A stretch of 63,717 nt of DNA, filler included, from Thraustochytrium aureum (GCA_012862495.1; 8 parts of 3 records of this genome joined end to end with filler, not necessarily neighbours in it), one strand, 5' to 3'. Counted from the first letter of the whole stretch, positions 50,452-63,270 are shown. Notes: generated by a model not told the origin, from the letters alone. A program made the numbers and translations.

Positions 50452-53400
50452 TCGTCGGTCCACAGCGTGCTCTGCGAATTGGAGGCGATGCCGCCGCCTG
50501 GGCCGCGCAACGGCAGCGACGGGGCGTCGCCGAAGGACCTGGACACCCTTGGCGACCTCTCGTCTGGCCTCGCGCGGCCGAGCGTGGACTGGACCACTGA
50601 GTTGGCCTTCGCCAAGGGGAGCGCCGAGACACTCGACAATGGACCTGACGACAGGGGACTTGAACCAGACGCCGAGATGCCGAGGACTGTGATCGGCACC
50701 AAGGCTTTTGCAGCTGCGCTCGAACTCGACGTCTCGGAGCGACTTTTGGTCCTGGCGAGCAACTTTCCATCGGACTGGTTTTGCACCGACTTGAAGCGCG
50801 CTTTGCGCGACGAAGGCTGTGACGAGCGCGACCTTGTTCTCGGAGTCAGCAGCGCGACGGACTTTCACCAGACTTTTGCGCGCGCGATAACGGCCGGCCT
50901 TGAGAGCCCTCGGCCGGTCGAGCGTGTGCGGGCGATGCTGCAGGTGCCCGCGCTCGTGGAAAACATGCGCGTGCGAGCAGATCTCTTTGAAGACCGCTGC
51001 GCAAAGGGCGTGGAGCAAGCTCGAGCCCGGGAAGAAGATCGCGCCCCAGGAGGCAGCGCCACGCCGGCTCGCGCTGGGCACGCGTCGCTACGGAGCAAGA
51101 CGGCGATGCCCAACATGCAGACGCTTTGCTCGTTGCTCGAGAAGCTGGGCTCCTGGTTGGCCCCTCAGAAGGCCAAGCAGACAATGGCTCAACTTGGGCC
51201 GGACGCCGTTGCTCTCTGTGCTGTGCACGCAGCAGGCCGCCTGCACGCCCTCCGACTGCATCGCGAGGAGGATGCAGAGAGCCAGGACGAGCTCGAGGGT
51301 CTCTTGGTCGAGCGCGCTGAGATTGACGAACCAACCGAATACCTCGCGCAACCCGAGCGGCGGGCTCGCAGGTGCTTCGGGTAGACCGGTCCTCGGCGCC
51401 GCTGCATCAGTTCAACTGCACTTGCCATGCTCCGTCCTCGGCGCCGCGTGCGCTTGTTGGCAACGTGCCTGGGTCTCTCTTGCTCTTCCAGTCCTGGCTG
51501 GAGGCTGTCTTCTTCCAGATCATCGAGCGCCAAGAACTGGGACCCCGCGTTCGAGTCGCCATGATTCGCTGCTGCACAGCAATGTTTCGACGGGTAGTGC
51601 ACCAGGGCGCCACAGAAATGCGAGAGACGGTGCTGGGGCTCGGCAGTTTCGGAGACATGTTCAAGATCCTGCTGCGGCTGCTGGAAGACCAGGAAGAGGC
51701 GGTGCGCGACGCCGTCGCCAAGGACATCTCCCTGTTTGTAGAGGGGTGCGGCGGCGGCGTCTCGTTTTTTGCCGAGTCTGCCCGTGTCGAGCCCGGGACG
51801 CCAGAGATCCCAATTCGCGTGGCCTCTGAGTCTGCTCCGGGCCGTGGCGACCTGTTGCGCGCAATGTTCCGACGCCCAAAGCAGACAAGCAACGTGAGCG
51901 CCTTCATGAAAACCTTGCGTCAGTTCGTGGGGAAAAACCAGCGCGCCCTGGCGACGTCTCGCGAGCGCGGTGCAAGGCCGGTCTCGCACGCTCTCTTGTG
52001 CGCCGTCGGAGTAATTGGGTGCACCGCAGACGTCACGTATGCAGTGGGAGCGTCAACGTAGGCTCCAACTTTCCAGTTGGGCGTTGCTGATGCTGGCCAG
52101 CAGTACGCCGTGGCGCTGGCGTGGTCGAAAGAGGTTCTTGACAAGCTCGGAGAGTTGGGTCACGACGGCCGCCGGGATGCCGCCGGCTCCAGCCCAGGCC
52201 TCCAACGAGTGACGGCAGAAGCGACAAGGTTGGCGAGGCGCAGTCTGCAGAGNNNNNNNNNNNNNNNNNNNNNNNNNNNNNNNNNNNNNNNNNNNNNNNN
52301 NNNNNNNNNNNNNNNNNNNNNNNNNNNNNNNNNNNNNNNNNNNNNNNNNNNNNNNNNNNNNNNNNNNNNNNNNNNNNNNNNNNNNNNNNNNNNNNNNNNN
52401 NNNNNNNNNNNNNNNNNNNNNNNNNNNNNNNNNNNNNNNNNNNNNNNNNNNNNNNNNNNNNNNNCGACTGTGATGCAGACGATGCGTTCGAGCAACTTTC
52501 GTGCCAGCTCGACGCCGCCGGCGCGCTTAAGCGCCTCGTCTGTGAGCAGCTTGAGAGAATCGCTGTTGCGCACGGGTTCACGCGTCACGCAGTTCCGCGC
52601 GGCGGCACTAGGGGGACCGCGATTCGCCGCTTGTTCGAGTGGATGCGGGAGGAGCTTTACGCGCAGCTCTTTGTCATGCTCCTCTCTGAGCCGCTTGTAT
52701 CCAAGGCCCCCGAGGCGCTCGAAGAGCTCGTTTTCAGTGTTTTCGAGCACTCGACCCAGTCTGTTGCCGTTCATCCCGTCACTGGTCGCGCCCCCTCTCG
52801 TACTGCGAGTCCTATGCCGGACGAGTACGGCGTGCACGGTGGGGAACGGCAGCAGCCTCGCGCAGAACGTGCAGAGCGGCGAGCAGGTGTCCGAGTCACG
52901 CACAGCGCTTTGGAGGCTGCTGCCCGAGGGGACGACGACGATGAGGCACGCGCAGTCTTCTTGGGCGAGTTTGTCCGCGAGTGCCTTCCATATGTGCTCC
53001 CTGACTTGCTGCGCGATATGAATGTGCCAGTCATGTACCAGATCGCGCGGTTTGTCTACTGTGTGAGGGACGCGCAGGTCGAGGACCAAAACATGCTCGT
53101 TCGCAAGCTTATCGTCGACAACTACGACGCGTGGATCGTCGAGCTCGTCGAGCTCCTTGCCGAGGACGACGACAGCAAGGCCACCGCGGAGGGCTTGCAG
53201 GGCGGTGAAGGCAGCGTTGCCAACGCTGGGGTCGCAGGGCAGGCCATCGAGTCCAACACTGGGTACCAGGTGTGGCGGCGACTTTTGACTTTTGCGCGTT
53301 TTTCGTTGAAGGAGATTTTCGACCTTTGCCTCAAGCGGATCCTAACGCGCGTCGTGTTTCGGCTTGTCGACGGGGCTGGGGCTCCTGACGAAGGCGCAGA

Positions 53401-56400
53401 ACGGATCCTCGAGCTTTTGGCAATTTATGCGGTGCACGATCCGGCCGAGTCGTTCCGCGACAGCGAAACCGTGGACGAGGCAGGTTGCACCCAGATTCGA
53501 GGCGTTGGGGAAGGCCAAGGGCCCGAGGAGGTCGGCAAGGACGCGCCTGCAAACGGCAAGGGCGGTCCAGACCGGCTGGTGGTCTCACTTGTCCACAGCG
53601 AGTTTATGTTTATGATGGGAGTCCTGTCGGAGACGATCCAGGACAAGTGGAAGCCGCCGTCAGAGAGGTGCCACGCCCTGCGCTGCGCTCGACAGCTGCT
53701 CGCGCTACTCGGCGGTCGGGTGGACGTTACTTGCCGAAGATCCTGCCGACAGCCAAAGCCGCACTGCAAGAGCGCGTTTGCGCCATCCAAATCGAGGCGT
53801 GCGAGCTCATGCACGACTTGGTTCGAGCCCTCAGTGCGAGTACACTTCGTGCCAACCTGAGCTCCCTCGTCGTGTCCCTTCTGCCATGCCTCAAGCCGCT
53901 GCCGCCGCCGCAACCTGCGTTCGCGCGCGTCATGCCGTTCGTGGCTCCTCGAGCAAAGGCTAGCGGCGGTTCAAGTAGTGGGGACTCGAGCTCTCCAGGA
54001 CTTGAGCGAGGGCATACTGGCCAAGATGGCGAAGGCGACGCGCAAGAGCAGGGCGGGACGAACACTCGCCTTTCGCGCGTAGTTGTCCCTGTAGGGGGCG
54101 GAGCGGATGGGTCTGACCCTGGCGCTGGACGAGCGTCTCAGGTGGACGGCCAACATGTCGACGATTTGAACAGCAAGGTTGTCGAGGCCAAGGCGGTGCG
54201 GACCATCCGCTGGCTCGTTGTCACGAAGCGGGCGAGGCTGCGCGAGGCCTTTGCAGGAATCCACGAGATCCTCCCCACCTCGCACCCGGCGCTTGCGGAC
54301 GTTGGCCGCGTTTTGATGGAGGAGCGTGGCGCAATTTCGCTGGAGGAGCGCTTGCGGCAGCTCGTCAAGCTTGTGCAGCACGAGTCCGACAGCGTTCGCC
54401 TTTTGGCCCTCGAGGAGCTGCGGACGGTGATCCACGAAAACGTTGCGAACCTCCACAAGGTGTTGCTCGACAAATCGATTGGTGAGGGAAAGTCGGCTGT
54501 CGCGGAGGGTGCTGCCGATGCGTCGGCCAAGGGCAGCGCAGAAGCCAGCACGGGGGCTCTCGAGCCCTTGGAGAACGGCGTGCCTAGCGTCCGTGGGAGG
54601 AGCGCGCCACACCATCCTTCCGAAGCGGCGCGCAAGGGCGGGGCACTGGCGCTCGGCGAAAACGCGAGCGATCGGAAGGACACCTTGGTTCCAGTCGTGT
54701 CTGAGCTCGTTGGAACTCTGCTCCGCGTGAGCCGAGCAGTTGCAGCAGGCGCAGGCGTCTCGTCCGGCAAGGCCACCACAACGCGCGCAGTGCGGCTCTT
54801 GTGCAGCGACTGCCTCGGCGTCCTCGGCGCTGTGGACGCAGCGCGGCTTGACCAGGGCGCGCTCGAGGCTGCTCTGCGAGGGAGCAAGCGACTTGCTGCT
54901 GCGAGGGGCGTGCGGCGGAGCAAGCTCACCGGCCTGTCGCTTGACATGGGCAACGAGGCACTGGCAGCGTTTGTAATTGAGACGTACCTGATAGACGCCT
55001 TGCGCGCAGCCCCGGACCCGGACTCGCACATGCAGGTTGGCATGGCCATCCAGGAGTTGCTGCGCTTTTTCAAAAGGCGCAAGTACGTGATTTATGGCGC
55101 CGAGGATGGCCCCGACGGTGCACTCCGCCGGGCGGGCGGGTCGCGAGCTGCTGGCAATGGTCTCGGAGGCGCGCGCCACGCGCCGCGCAGCGCGAGCCCA
55201 GCGGGCCGGCAGGACTGGGGGGAAGCGCACGCGGAGGGCGGCGGTGCCTCGCGGCACATTAGTCACGTTCTCCGTGACACTGCCGTGGTCGAGATGGTGC
55301 GGCCATTTTGGGAAACCAACTACGTCCACGATGTGCGCAGCGAGCCCGTGCGACTCGGACGCGGGGGCAGGCGATTTTTCGGACCAGAGGTCGCCTTTGA
55401 GCGGTCCATCGGCGATTGGTTTGCCTACCTTGCGCTTCGGAGCAAAGGAGAGCAGAGCGAGATTTTGTTGGCGCTCCTGGTGTTGCAGACCTACAGCGGC
55501 GCCACGGACCTCCTGCTCTTCCTGCTCCCGTACGCAATTCAGAATGCCCTGTGCCTCGGAGACAACAAGGAGCGCAAACTTGCGTCGGAGATCCGCGAGG
55601 AAGTTATGGACGTGCTGCGCGAGACGTGGCGTGGCGACACGTGCCCAGGAGACGATCTTGGGGGCTCTGGACAGCTCCGCGAGGCCAGCCCGCTCTTGGA
55701 CAGAGGACGCCGGGTTGTGCATGCGCAGCGGGAAGGAGACGACCTCCTGCTGGGGGCCTCGGGACGGATCAAGAAAAACGCCCACGCCATGTTTGTGATC
55801 TACGACACGCTTGCTGCGTGGGAGAAGCAGATCAACATCAACGTCCAGAACGCGACGCGGGCCGGCCTCACTGTCGCGAGCGCCCGCGCAGAACCCGCGG
55901 CGCACGTCCTGCACTACGACGGCGACTTTGACACGAAGGGGCCCGTGTCTTTCCTGCTGAAGCGCATCCCGATGCGCTGCCTCGCGGAGGCTGCGTACCG
56001 CTGCGGCGCGTTCGCCCGCGCCCTAAAGTTCTTCGAGGCGCATGTGCGGACGATGCACGCGATTGAGAAGGGGGGAGGTGCGGTTGCGCCTGGGGTCTTG
56101 GGAGAGCTCGCGTGCCGTGCAGCTCGAGCGCGACGAGATAACCTTTCTTCACGCAGTTTACGCTTCTCTGAGCAGCGAGCCTGACGGGCTCGCCGGGGTA
56201 GTCGCCCTCCGGGCACAGCACAACGGGGGGCCGGGGACTGGCTATGTGCTTGGCAACACGAACCGCACGGTTTCTTCGTGGCCCCCCGCCGAGGACCAAG
56301 ACGCGGCGCTCCGCGAAGTGCAGCAGGACTACTTGATTTCGAACCGGCCCCACAAGACCAAGCTTTTGCAAGCTCCGGCCGGTACTCAGCCCGGTGACGG

Positions 56401-57899
56401 CGGTCAGCCCTCGCTGGAGGAAAAGGTTTACGAGCTCGAGTTTGAGGGCCGCTGGGACGAAGCCATTGCCTGCTACGAACGCCAGCTCGTCCAGCTGAAC
56501 GTCGGCAAAGAGGACCGGCAGCTTGCTTCACGAGTCGCAGCCCTATCCTCGCCGCTTACAACCAAGGCGCCGCCAAGCCGGCGCAGTCGGGCCGCGGGCG
56601 GCCCACGTCGCTTTGTTTCGCCTGTCAAAGGCAGCCATGGTGGGGAGCACAACGCAGCTGAGCCCAGCGTCGGGCGAACCGGCCTCGTCGAGGAAGAAGC
56701 GCGCCACTCTGGGGACGACTCGGACGGGGCAGGTGCGCGCGTCAGGGCGAAGCGGAGGCGACGAAACAGCGACCCTGGTCTGCGGGCGCCGATTCNNNNN
56801 NNNNNNNNNNNNNNNNNNNNNNNNNNNNNNNNNNNNNNNNNNNNNNNNNNNNNNNNNNNNNNNNNNNNNNNNNNNNNNNNNNNNNNNNNNNNNNNNNNNN
56901 NNNNNNNNNNNNNNNNNNNNNNNNNNNNNNNNNNNNNNNNNNNNNNNNNNNNNNNNNNNNNNNNNNNNNNNNNNNNNNNNNNNNNNNNNNNNNNNNNNNN
57001 NNNNNNNNNNNNNNNNNNNNNNNNNNNNNNNNNNNNNNNNNNNNNNNNNNNNNNNNNNNNNNNNNNNNNNNNNNNNNNNNNCCTTGCGCACCTCGACCTC
57101 ATGGTTTCGCTCACAAAGGGGCACGGGGGCCGAGCATCCCGAACTGCGCCCGGTTCTAGAGCCGTACTGTGTTGAGGCCCTTTGGCGGCTGGGCCGCTGG
57201 GAGGAGCTCGGGCGCGCCGTTGATGGGATGCAGGAGGATTCGAGCTCGCCGCGCGCGCGGCGCATGGCCAAAGTGCTCGACTCTGGGCCTGGCAACATGG
57301 GATCACTTTACACCGACGCAGTTGCGAGGTGCATGGTCGCGCTTGCCCGCGTGAGTCGCGTGGAGGACGAGGCAACAGCAAAGCAGCTCCACGCCGAGTT
57401 CTCCACGCAGCTTGACCAGGCCCGGCTCGAGGTGATGGAGGTGCTTTCGGCGGTCAGCATGGAGTCTTACGCGCATGCCTATCCGCTGTTGCTGCGACTC
57501 CAGGCCTTGGCGGAGCTGCGAAGCGGGTGGAAGATCGTCACGAGCGCAAAGCGAAGCAGGCCCGGATCGCTGGTGCTGGGGAGTGCCGCCATGCCAGTGG
57601 CGGTGCTCTGGTCGGCTTCCCACCTGGAGGGCGACGCGCAGGAGGGTGCCGGGGTGGAGGACACACGTACTTGGGAGAATCGGTTCAAAGTTACAGCGCC
57701 GTCGGTGGACATGCGCGAGGAGTTGTTCGAGGTGCGCAAGACGATATTTCAGCTCGCTGGGCTCAAAGGTGACGAAATGGCTGGCTGGCTGGCCATGGCC
57801 AAGACAGCGCGAGTCGCCGGCCACGCGCAAAACTGCCTTGCCGCCCTGCAGCGCGTTCAAGAGTGCGCTAACGAGGTCCTCGCTGCTGCCGAACACACC
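50452..57899 (+). CDS. ATR: ATR/MEC1 PIKK kinase, HEAT-UME-FAT region (partial; several indels and gaps; kinase domain not in window)
   Basis: UME-like YLPKIL…; LVQHESDSVRLLALEEL; CLGVLGAVDAARL; LLFLLPYAI; IPMRCLAEAAYRCGAFARALKFFE; FAT GRWDEAIACYE, EALWRLGRWEEL, SMESYAHAYPLLLRLQALAEL, WLAMAKTARVAGH. Confidence 0.85.
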
Positions 57900-57998
57900 N
57901 NNNNNNNNNNNNNNNNNNNNNNNNNNNNNNNNNNNNNNNNNNNTTAATTAATTAANNNNNNNNNNNNNNNNNNNNNNNNNNNNNNNNNNNNNNNNNNN
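57900..57998. other. Artificial scaffold linker
   Basis: TTAATTAATTAA at 57944-57955 within Ns. Confidence 0.97.
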
Positions 57999-60441
57999 NG
58001 GCAGCTCATCAACAGCGGCGTGCTACCGGTGGAGGCCTACCCAACCTTTGACGAGGACGAAGGGGTGCTCGGGTTTGAGGAAACCGAGGAAGAATTGGAG
58101 ATCGAGAAGGCCGAGGAGGAGCCTGCGTTCCTTCGCGGTCAAACAGAGCTCTCCACCGAGCTGACGCAGGTGAAGATCATAAAGAACCCAGAGGGCTCGC
58201 TCCAGCGAGCTGCCGCCACACAGGCCGACCTGACGCGCGAGCGGCGCGAGCTGCGCTCGATGCAAGAGCAGCAGATCCTTGACGCGATCCCCAAAAACCT
58301 CAACCGACCCTGGCAGGACCCGATGTCGGACAACAAAGAGAGGACTCTCGCGGCCGAGCTGCGCGGAATCGGCCTGTCCGGCTACGAGGTCCCAGAGTGG
58401 AAAAAGGAATCGCTCGGCAACACGGCGAGCCTCGGGATAGTGAGCACGAAATCGTTGCAGGAGCAGCGCGAGGGGTTGCCGATTTACAAGCTCAAGCAGC
58501 CTCTTCTCGAGGCTTTCCGCGACAATCAGGTCTTGGTTGTCATAGGCGAGACCGGGTCTGGCAAGACGACGCAGATGACCCAGTACCTCGCCGAGATGGG
58601 CTTTGCCCGCAACGGTATAATCGGTTGCACCCAGCCCCGCGCGTGGCCGCCATTTCCGTCGCCAAGCGCGTTGCAGAAGAGTTTGGCTGCCAGGTTGGCC
58701 AATATGTGGGGGTACACCATTCGGTTCGAGGACTGCACAGGGCCGGAGACTCGGATCAAGTACATGACCGACGGAATGCTGATGCGCGAGTACTTGATGG
58801 ACGGCGAGCTCTCGCGCTACTCGGTGATCATCCTGGACGAGGCGCACGAGCGCACCATCCACACCGACGTGCTTTTTGCGCTTCTCAAAAAGCTATTGGT
58901 CAAGCGCAAGGAGTTCCGGCTGATCGTCACCAGCGCGACGCTGGACGCGGACAAGTTCTCTGCCTACTTTTCCGACTGCCCCATCTTTACCATCCCGGGC
59001 CGCAGCTACCCGGTCGAGATCCTCTACGCCAAGGAGCCCGAGACCGACTACCTGGACGCCGCGCTGATCACGGCGATGCAGATCCACCTGAACGAGCCGC
59101 CGGGCGACATCCTGCTCTTTCTCACGGGCCAGGAGGAGATCGACACGGCTTGCGAGGTGCTCTTCACACGGATGAAGAGCCTCGGCTCCAAGGCGCCCGA
59201 GCTGATCATCCTGCCCGCGTACGGCAGCTTGCCGAGCGAGATGCAGAGCCGCATTTTTGAGCCGGCGCCGCCGGGCGCCCGCAAAATCGTCATTGCAACG
59301 AACATCGCCGAGGCGTCCATCACGCTCGACGGCGTCTTTTACGTCATCGACCCGGGAATGGCCAAGCACAACGTGTACAACCCGAAGCTCGGGATGGACT
59401 CGCTTGTGGTCGTTCCCATTTCGCAGGCCTCGGCGCGCCAACGAGCGGGCCGCGCTGGCCGTACGGGCCCAGGCAAGTGCTACCGCCTGTACACCGAGCT
59501 GGCCTTCAAGACAGAAATGCTCCCCACCTCGGTGCCCGAGCTTCAGTGCACCAACCTCGCCAGCGTGGTGCTGCAGCTAAAGGCCATGGGCATCAACGAC
59601 CTGCTCAATTTCGACTTTATGGACAAGCCGCCCACACAGACGCTGGTGGCCGCCATGGAGGGGCTCTACGCTCTCGGAGCGCTCGACGAAGAGGGCCTCT
59701 TGACGCGCATCGGGCGCAAGCTCGCCAACTTTCCTCTGGACCCGATTTTGTCCAAGACGCTCGTAGCCGGCGTCGAGCTCGGGTGCGGGGAGGAGGTGGT
59801 CACCGTTGTGGCAATGCTCAGCGTGGAGAACATATTTTACCGCCCCAAGGACAAGCAAGCGCAAGCCGACCAGAAGAAGGCGCGCTTCTTCCAGCCCGAG
59901 GGGGACCACCTGACGCTGCTTGCGGTGTACCAGGCCTGGCAGAAGAGCCACTTTTCCAAGCCTTGGTGCTTTGAGAACTTTATCCAGCCGCGCGCCATCC
60001 AGCGCGCGCAGGACATTCGCAAGCAGCTCCTCTCCATTCTCGATAGATACCGGATGCCCGTCGAGTCTTGCGGACGAGCGTACAAGTACGTCCAGATGGC
60101 CATCGCCAGCGGTTTTTTCACGCACGTGGCAAAGCGGGACCCGCAGGAGGGCTACCGCACGCTAGTAGAGGGCACCCCGGTGTACATCCACCCCGGGTCG
60201 GCCCTCTTCCAGAGAAACCCCCGAGTACATTCTCTACCACGAGCTTGTCCTCACCACCAAGGAGTACATGCGCAACGTCATGATTGTTGACCCCAAGTGG
60301 CTCCTCGAGGTCGCGCCGGCGTTTTATCGCAAGTCGGATCCGAACAAGCTCAACAAGCGCAAGAAGATGGAGAAGATCGAGCCCATGGTAGACAAGCGCA
60401 ACCCCAAGGACGCCTGGCGCCTGTCTAAGCGCCGCGGGTAG
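57999..60441 (+). CDS. PRP22: DEAH-box splicing helicase PRP22/DHX8 (5' truncated; indels at ~58640-58710 and ~60220)
   Basis: [18 protein letters not shown] (split across frames), [19 protein letters not shown]2/OB region, and C-terminal [10 protein letters not shown]. Confidence 0.96.
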
Positions 60442-60937
60442 CCGCGGGTGCTGCCGTGCATGCTGAAAGTGACAACAACAAGACGCAGCATTTTTTTTCA
60501 AATTGAAAAACGCTGTGATCGAGGCCGATGGTGCCTGGGGCACGCAGGTTCAGCTAGCTTTGTCCGGTTGCTCCGCCAAGAGGTTGTTTGGTGCAACTAC
60601 TAGTATTTCGATCCGAGGGCGGCCGAAGGACGTCACGGACGTTTCGTGTCAACATGGCAAGGCCATCTCCGAGCGGCCCTTCGCCATCTTCAGACTTTGG
60701 GGTCTCAGTCTGGCCCCTATGAAGAGAACTCTTCGGCACGCGGCCTCCGTCGCGCGCAGAGACGCCCCGTCACTGGCTGCCTAACGAGGCAGCAGAACCT
60801 CTAGCTCTAGACCAACTTTCGTCGCTAAACCCAGCAAAACCATGGAAAATCAACTAATAAAAACACTCAGATCTCCGGTTCTGCCACGCGAGCTCGAGGC
60901 AGCCACGCGAACGAGTCGAGCCGCTCTTGCCACTGCG

Positions 60938-61489
60938 TCAGGACAGGCCGGCTGAGGCGCCAGCTTTCCATTTCATGTACTCCCGCAAAAGGCGGCCCTT
61001 CTCCTCGTTCAAGGCATCTTGGTCCTGCCGTGCTGCTGCCTCGGCCTCGCGCTGGCGCCGCCGCTCGGCAACCTGGCGCACAGCCTCTTTCTTTTCTCGT
61101 TGGATCTTCAATACCCGAGCCTGAATGGCGTCGTAGACAGCTTGATCGCCACGCATTGCGGCGCACTGGGATGGTGTCATCCCGGCCCGGTTCTTCTCAA
61201 ACGGGTCTGCGCCTCCGTGGCCCATGAGGACCTTTGCAGCTTGATCATCACGGACAAGGTGCAATGGCTGCTCTCCCAAAGAGTTGCGCATGCACGGGTC
61301 GGCCCCGGCCTGCAACAACACGCGGACCACGTTGCAGTGCCCGTGGTGGGCGGCGAGGTGGAGCGCGGTCTGGCGCCCCAGCATTGTCTGCTTGTCGACT
61401 TGAGTGCCGAGGTACGAAACCAGCGTTCGCACAACGGCTTCGTCGCCGCATACGCTCGCAGCTTGAAGCAGAGTTCTGCCCGTCAGTTT
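60938..61489 (-). CDS. Ankyrin-repeat protein with coiled-coil tail (5' truncated)
   Basis: GRQTALHLAAHHGHCNVVRVLLQAGAD, GEQPLHL, NRAGMTP. Confidence 0.85.
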   Translation of the reverse strand, partial: KLTGRTLLQAASVCGDEAVVRTLVSYLGTQVDKQTMLGRQTALHLAAHHGHCNVVRVLLQAGADPCMRNSLGEQPLHLVRDDQAAKVLMGHGGADPFEKNRAGMTPSQCAAMRGDQAVYDAIQARVLKIQREKKEAVRQVAERRRQREAEAAARQDQDALNEEKGRLLREYMKWKAGASAGLS

Positions 61490-61589
61490 NNNNNNNNNNN
61501 NNNNNNNNNNNNNNNNNNNNNNNNNNNNNNNNNTTAATTAATTAANNNNNNNNNNNNNNNNNNNNNNNNNNNNNNNNNNNNNNNNNNNN
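61490..61589. other. Artificial scaffold linker
   Basis: TTAATTAATTAA at 61534-61545 within Ns. Confidence 0.97.
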
Positions 61590-61590
61590 G

Positions 61591-62376
61591 ACCGGGTACA
61601 TCCCGCTTGACGTGCGCCTGCAGGAGCTGGTGTACGGCGTGGGGTGCTCGATGTCGGCGAGCTGGTGGCGCGTTCAGCACAACAAGCACCACGCGACCCC
61701 GCAGAAACTCAAGCACGACGTCGACCTCGACACCCTGCCGCTCGTTGCGTTCAACGAGAAGATCGCCGCCAAGGTGCGCCCCGGCTCGTTCCAGGCCAAG
61801 TGGCTCTCGGCGCAGGCGTACATTTTTGCGCCGGTGTCCTGCTTCCTGGTTGGTCTCTTCTGGACCCTGTTTCTGCACCCGCGCCACATGCTGCGCACGA
61901 GCCACTTTGCTGAGATGGCCGCCGTCGCGGTGCGCGTCGTGGGCTGGGCGGCGCTCATGCACTCGTTCGGGTACAGCGGGAGCGACTCGTTCGGTCTCTA
62001 CATGGCCACCTTTGGCTTTGGCTGCACCTACATCTTCACCAACTTTGCGGTCAGCCACACGCACCTCGACGTCACCGAGCCGGACGAGTTCCTGCACTGG
62101 GTCGAGTACGCCGCGCTGCACACGACCAACGTGTCCAACGACTCGTGGTTCATCACCTGGTGGATGTCGTACCTCAACTTTCAGATCGAGCACCACCTCT
62201 TTCCGTCGCTGCCCCAGCTCAACGCCCCGCGCGTCGCCCCGCGCGTCCGCGCCCTCTTCGAGAAGCACGGCATGGCTTACGACGAGCGCCCGTACCTTAC
62301 CGCGCTTGGCGACACGTTTGCCAACCTGCACGCCGTGGGCCAAAACGCGGGCCAGGCGGCGGCCAAGGCCGCTTAG
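61591..62376 (+). CDS. Front-end (delta-5) fatty acid desaturase, C-terminal half
   Basis: His box 2 HNKHH and box 3 QIEHH. The sequence TGYIPLDVRLQELVYG…GQAAAKAA matches my recollection of the Thraustochytrium aureum delta-5 desaturase. Confidence 0.92.
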   Translation, partial: TGYIPLDVRLQELVYGVGCSMSASWWRVQHNKHHATPQKLKHDVDLDTLPLVAFNEKIAAKVRPGSFQAKWLSAQAYIFAPVSCFLVGLFWTLFLHPRHMLRTSHFAEMAAVAVRVVGWAALMHSFGYSGSDSFGLYMATFGFGCTYIFTNFAVSHTHLDVTEPDEFLHWVEYAALHTTNVSNDSWFITWWMSYLNFQIEHHLFPSLPQLNAPRVAPRVRALFEKHGMAYDERPYLTALGDTFANLHAVGQNAGQAAAKAA

Positions 62377-62740
62377 GCCACTCGCTTCGCCTCGCGAGCC
62401 ATTTATTTTATCCCGACCCAAAACCACCAAACAACACTTCTGTCTTTGTCCCTCCCCGTGCGCCGCGCCGTGCAGGTTGACGCGGATCGCGGATCGCGGA
62501 TCGAGCAGGGGGCTTTTGTTTGGAGGTTTCGAGGGCCGAGGAGCAGCAGAACAGATGCAAAGGCGGCCCGAAACCAACTAGCAAACTCGCAATCAGCGCG
62601 GCCGCCAGTCCGCACCATCGTGCCCACAGGGCGGCACGCCCGCCAGCCTTTGCGTTTTCCCGCCGCGCGACCTCGCCCGAGTCACCACCCTCGCTACGAT
62701 GAGAACAGATCCATGAAGACGAGCCCAATCCGCCGGCCAC

Positions 62741-63064
62741 AAACCCCTCTATATTCCATCGAGCAGCTGCAATTCAAAGCACCAAATCCAAACAGAGGGC
62801 CCCTCTATATAGACCCCCACGTACAAACAATATATAACAATCACAAACAGAGGGCAAGCCGCACAGACCCCTCTATATACTTCCCCTCAGCTAAGAATCA
62901 CGTACAAAGAAACAACAGAGGGAGAATGCATACCCTCTATATGCACTCGCTCACGTAACACAGCTATATATACCGTATATAGAGGGCAATCCCGCCGCCG
63001 GCCGCAAACCCCGCTATATTCACCCGCGCACCTAAAAGAGCGGGGTGGCGCATAACAGAGGGCC
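62741..63064. promoter_or_regulatory. AT-rich degenerate motif array (AACAGAGGG / CCCTCTATAT / CACGTA) upstream of the amidohydrolase
   Basis: Three ordered units plus partial copies, separated by non-identical spacers. Confidence 0.5.
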
Positions 63065-63270
63065 ACCAGGGCACGCGAGCGCAGGCGCCGAAGACCGACA
63101 GACAGCGAGGCAGCGAGACAGAGAGCGCAGCGCGCCTACCTGGCTGCCGTCCCGCGGGGCCCCGGCGCGGCTTTGCTGCTCTCCACCCGGCAGCGCGCGT
63201 GGCGGCAGGCGTCCGTCCTCTGCCTGTCGGTCTCGCGCGGCGGAGGAGGAAGGGCAAAAAACTGCGCGGG

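Noticed and set aside
8379..60441. Frameshifts in STI1, clathrin, ATR, PRP22, Roco and others as programmed frameshifting or pseudogenes
   Set aside because: They occur throughout essential single-copy genes, often at short homopolymer or GC runs, which is best explained by draft sequencing error.
7503..61589. Recurrent TTAATTAATTAA palindrome (seven copies) as a biological repeat
   Set aside because: It is always embedded in ~100-nt N blocks and supplies stops in all six frames, so it is an artificial join. Gene neighbourhoods across these joins are not evidence.
62741..63064. Motif array as a CRISPR array
   Set aside because: The motifs are too short, spacing is irregular, there are no cas genes and the context is eukaryotic. 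It is kept only as a regulatory or structural candidate.
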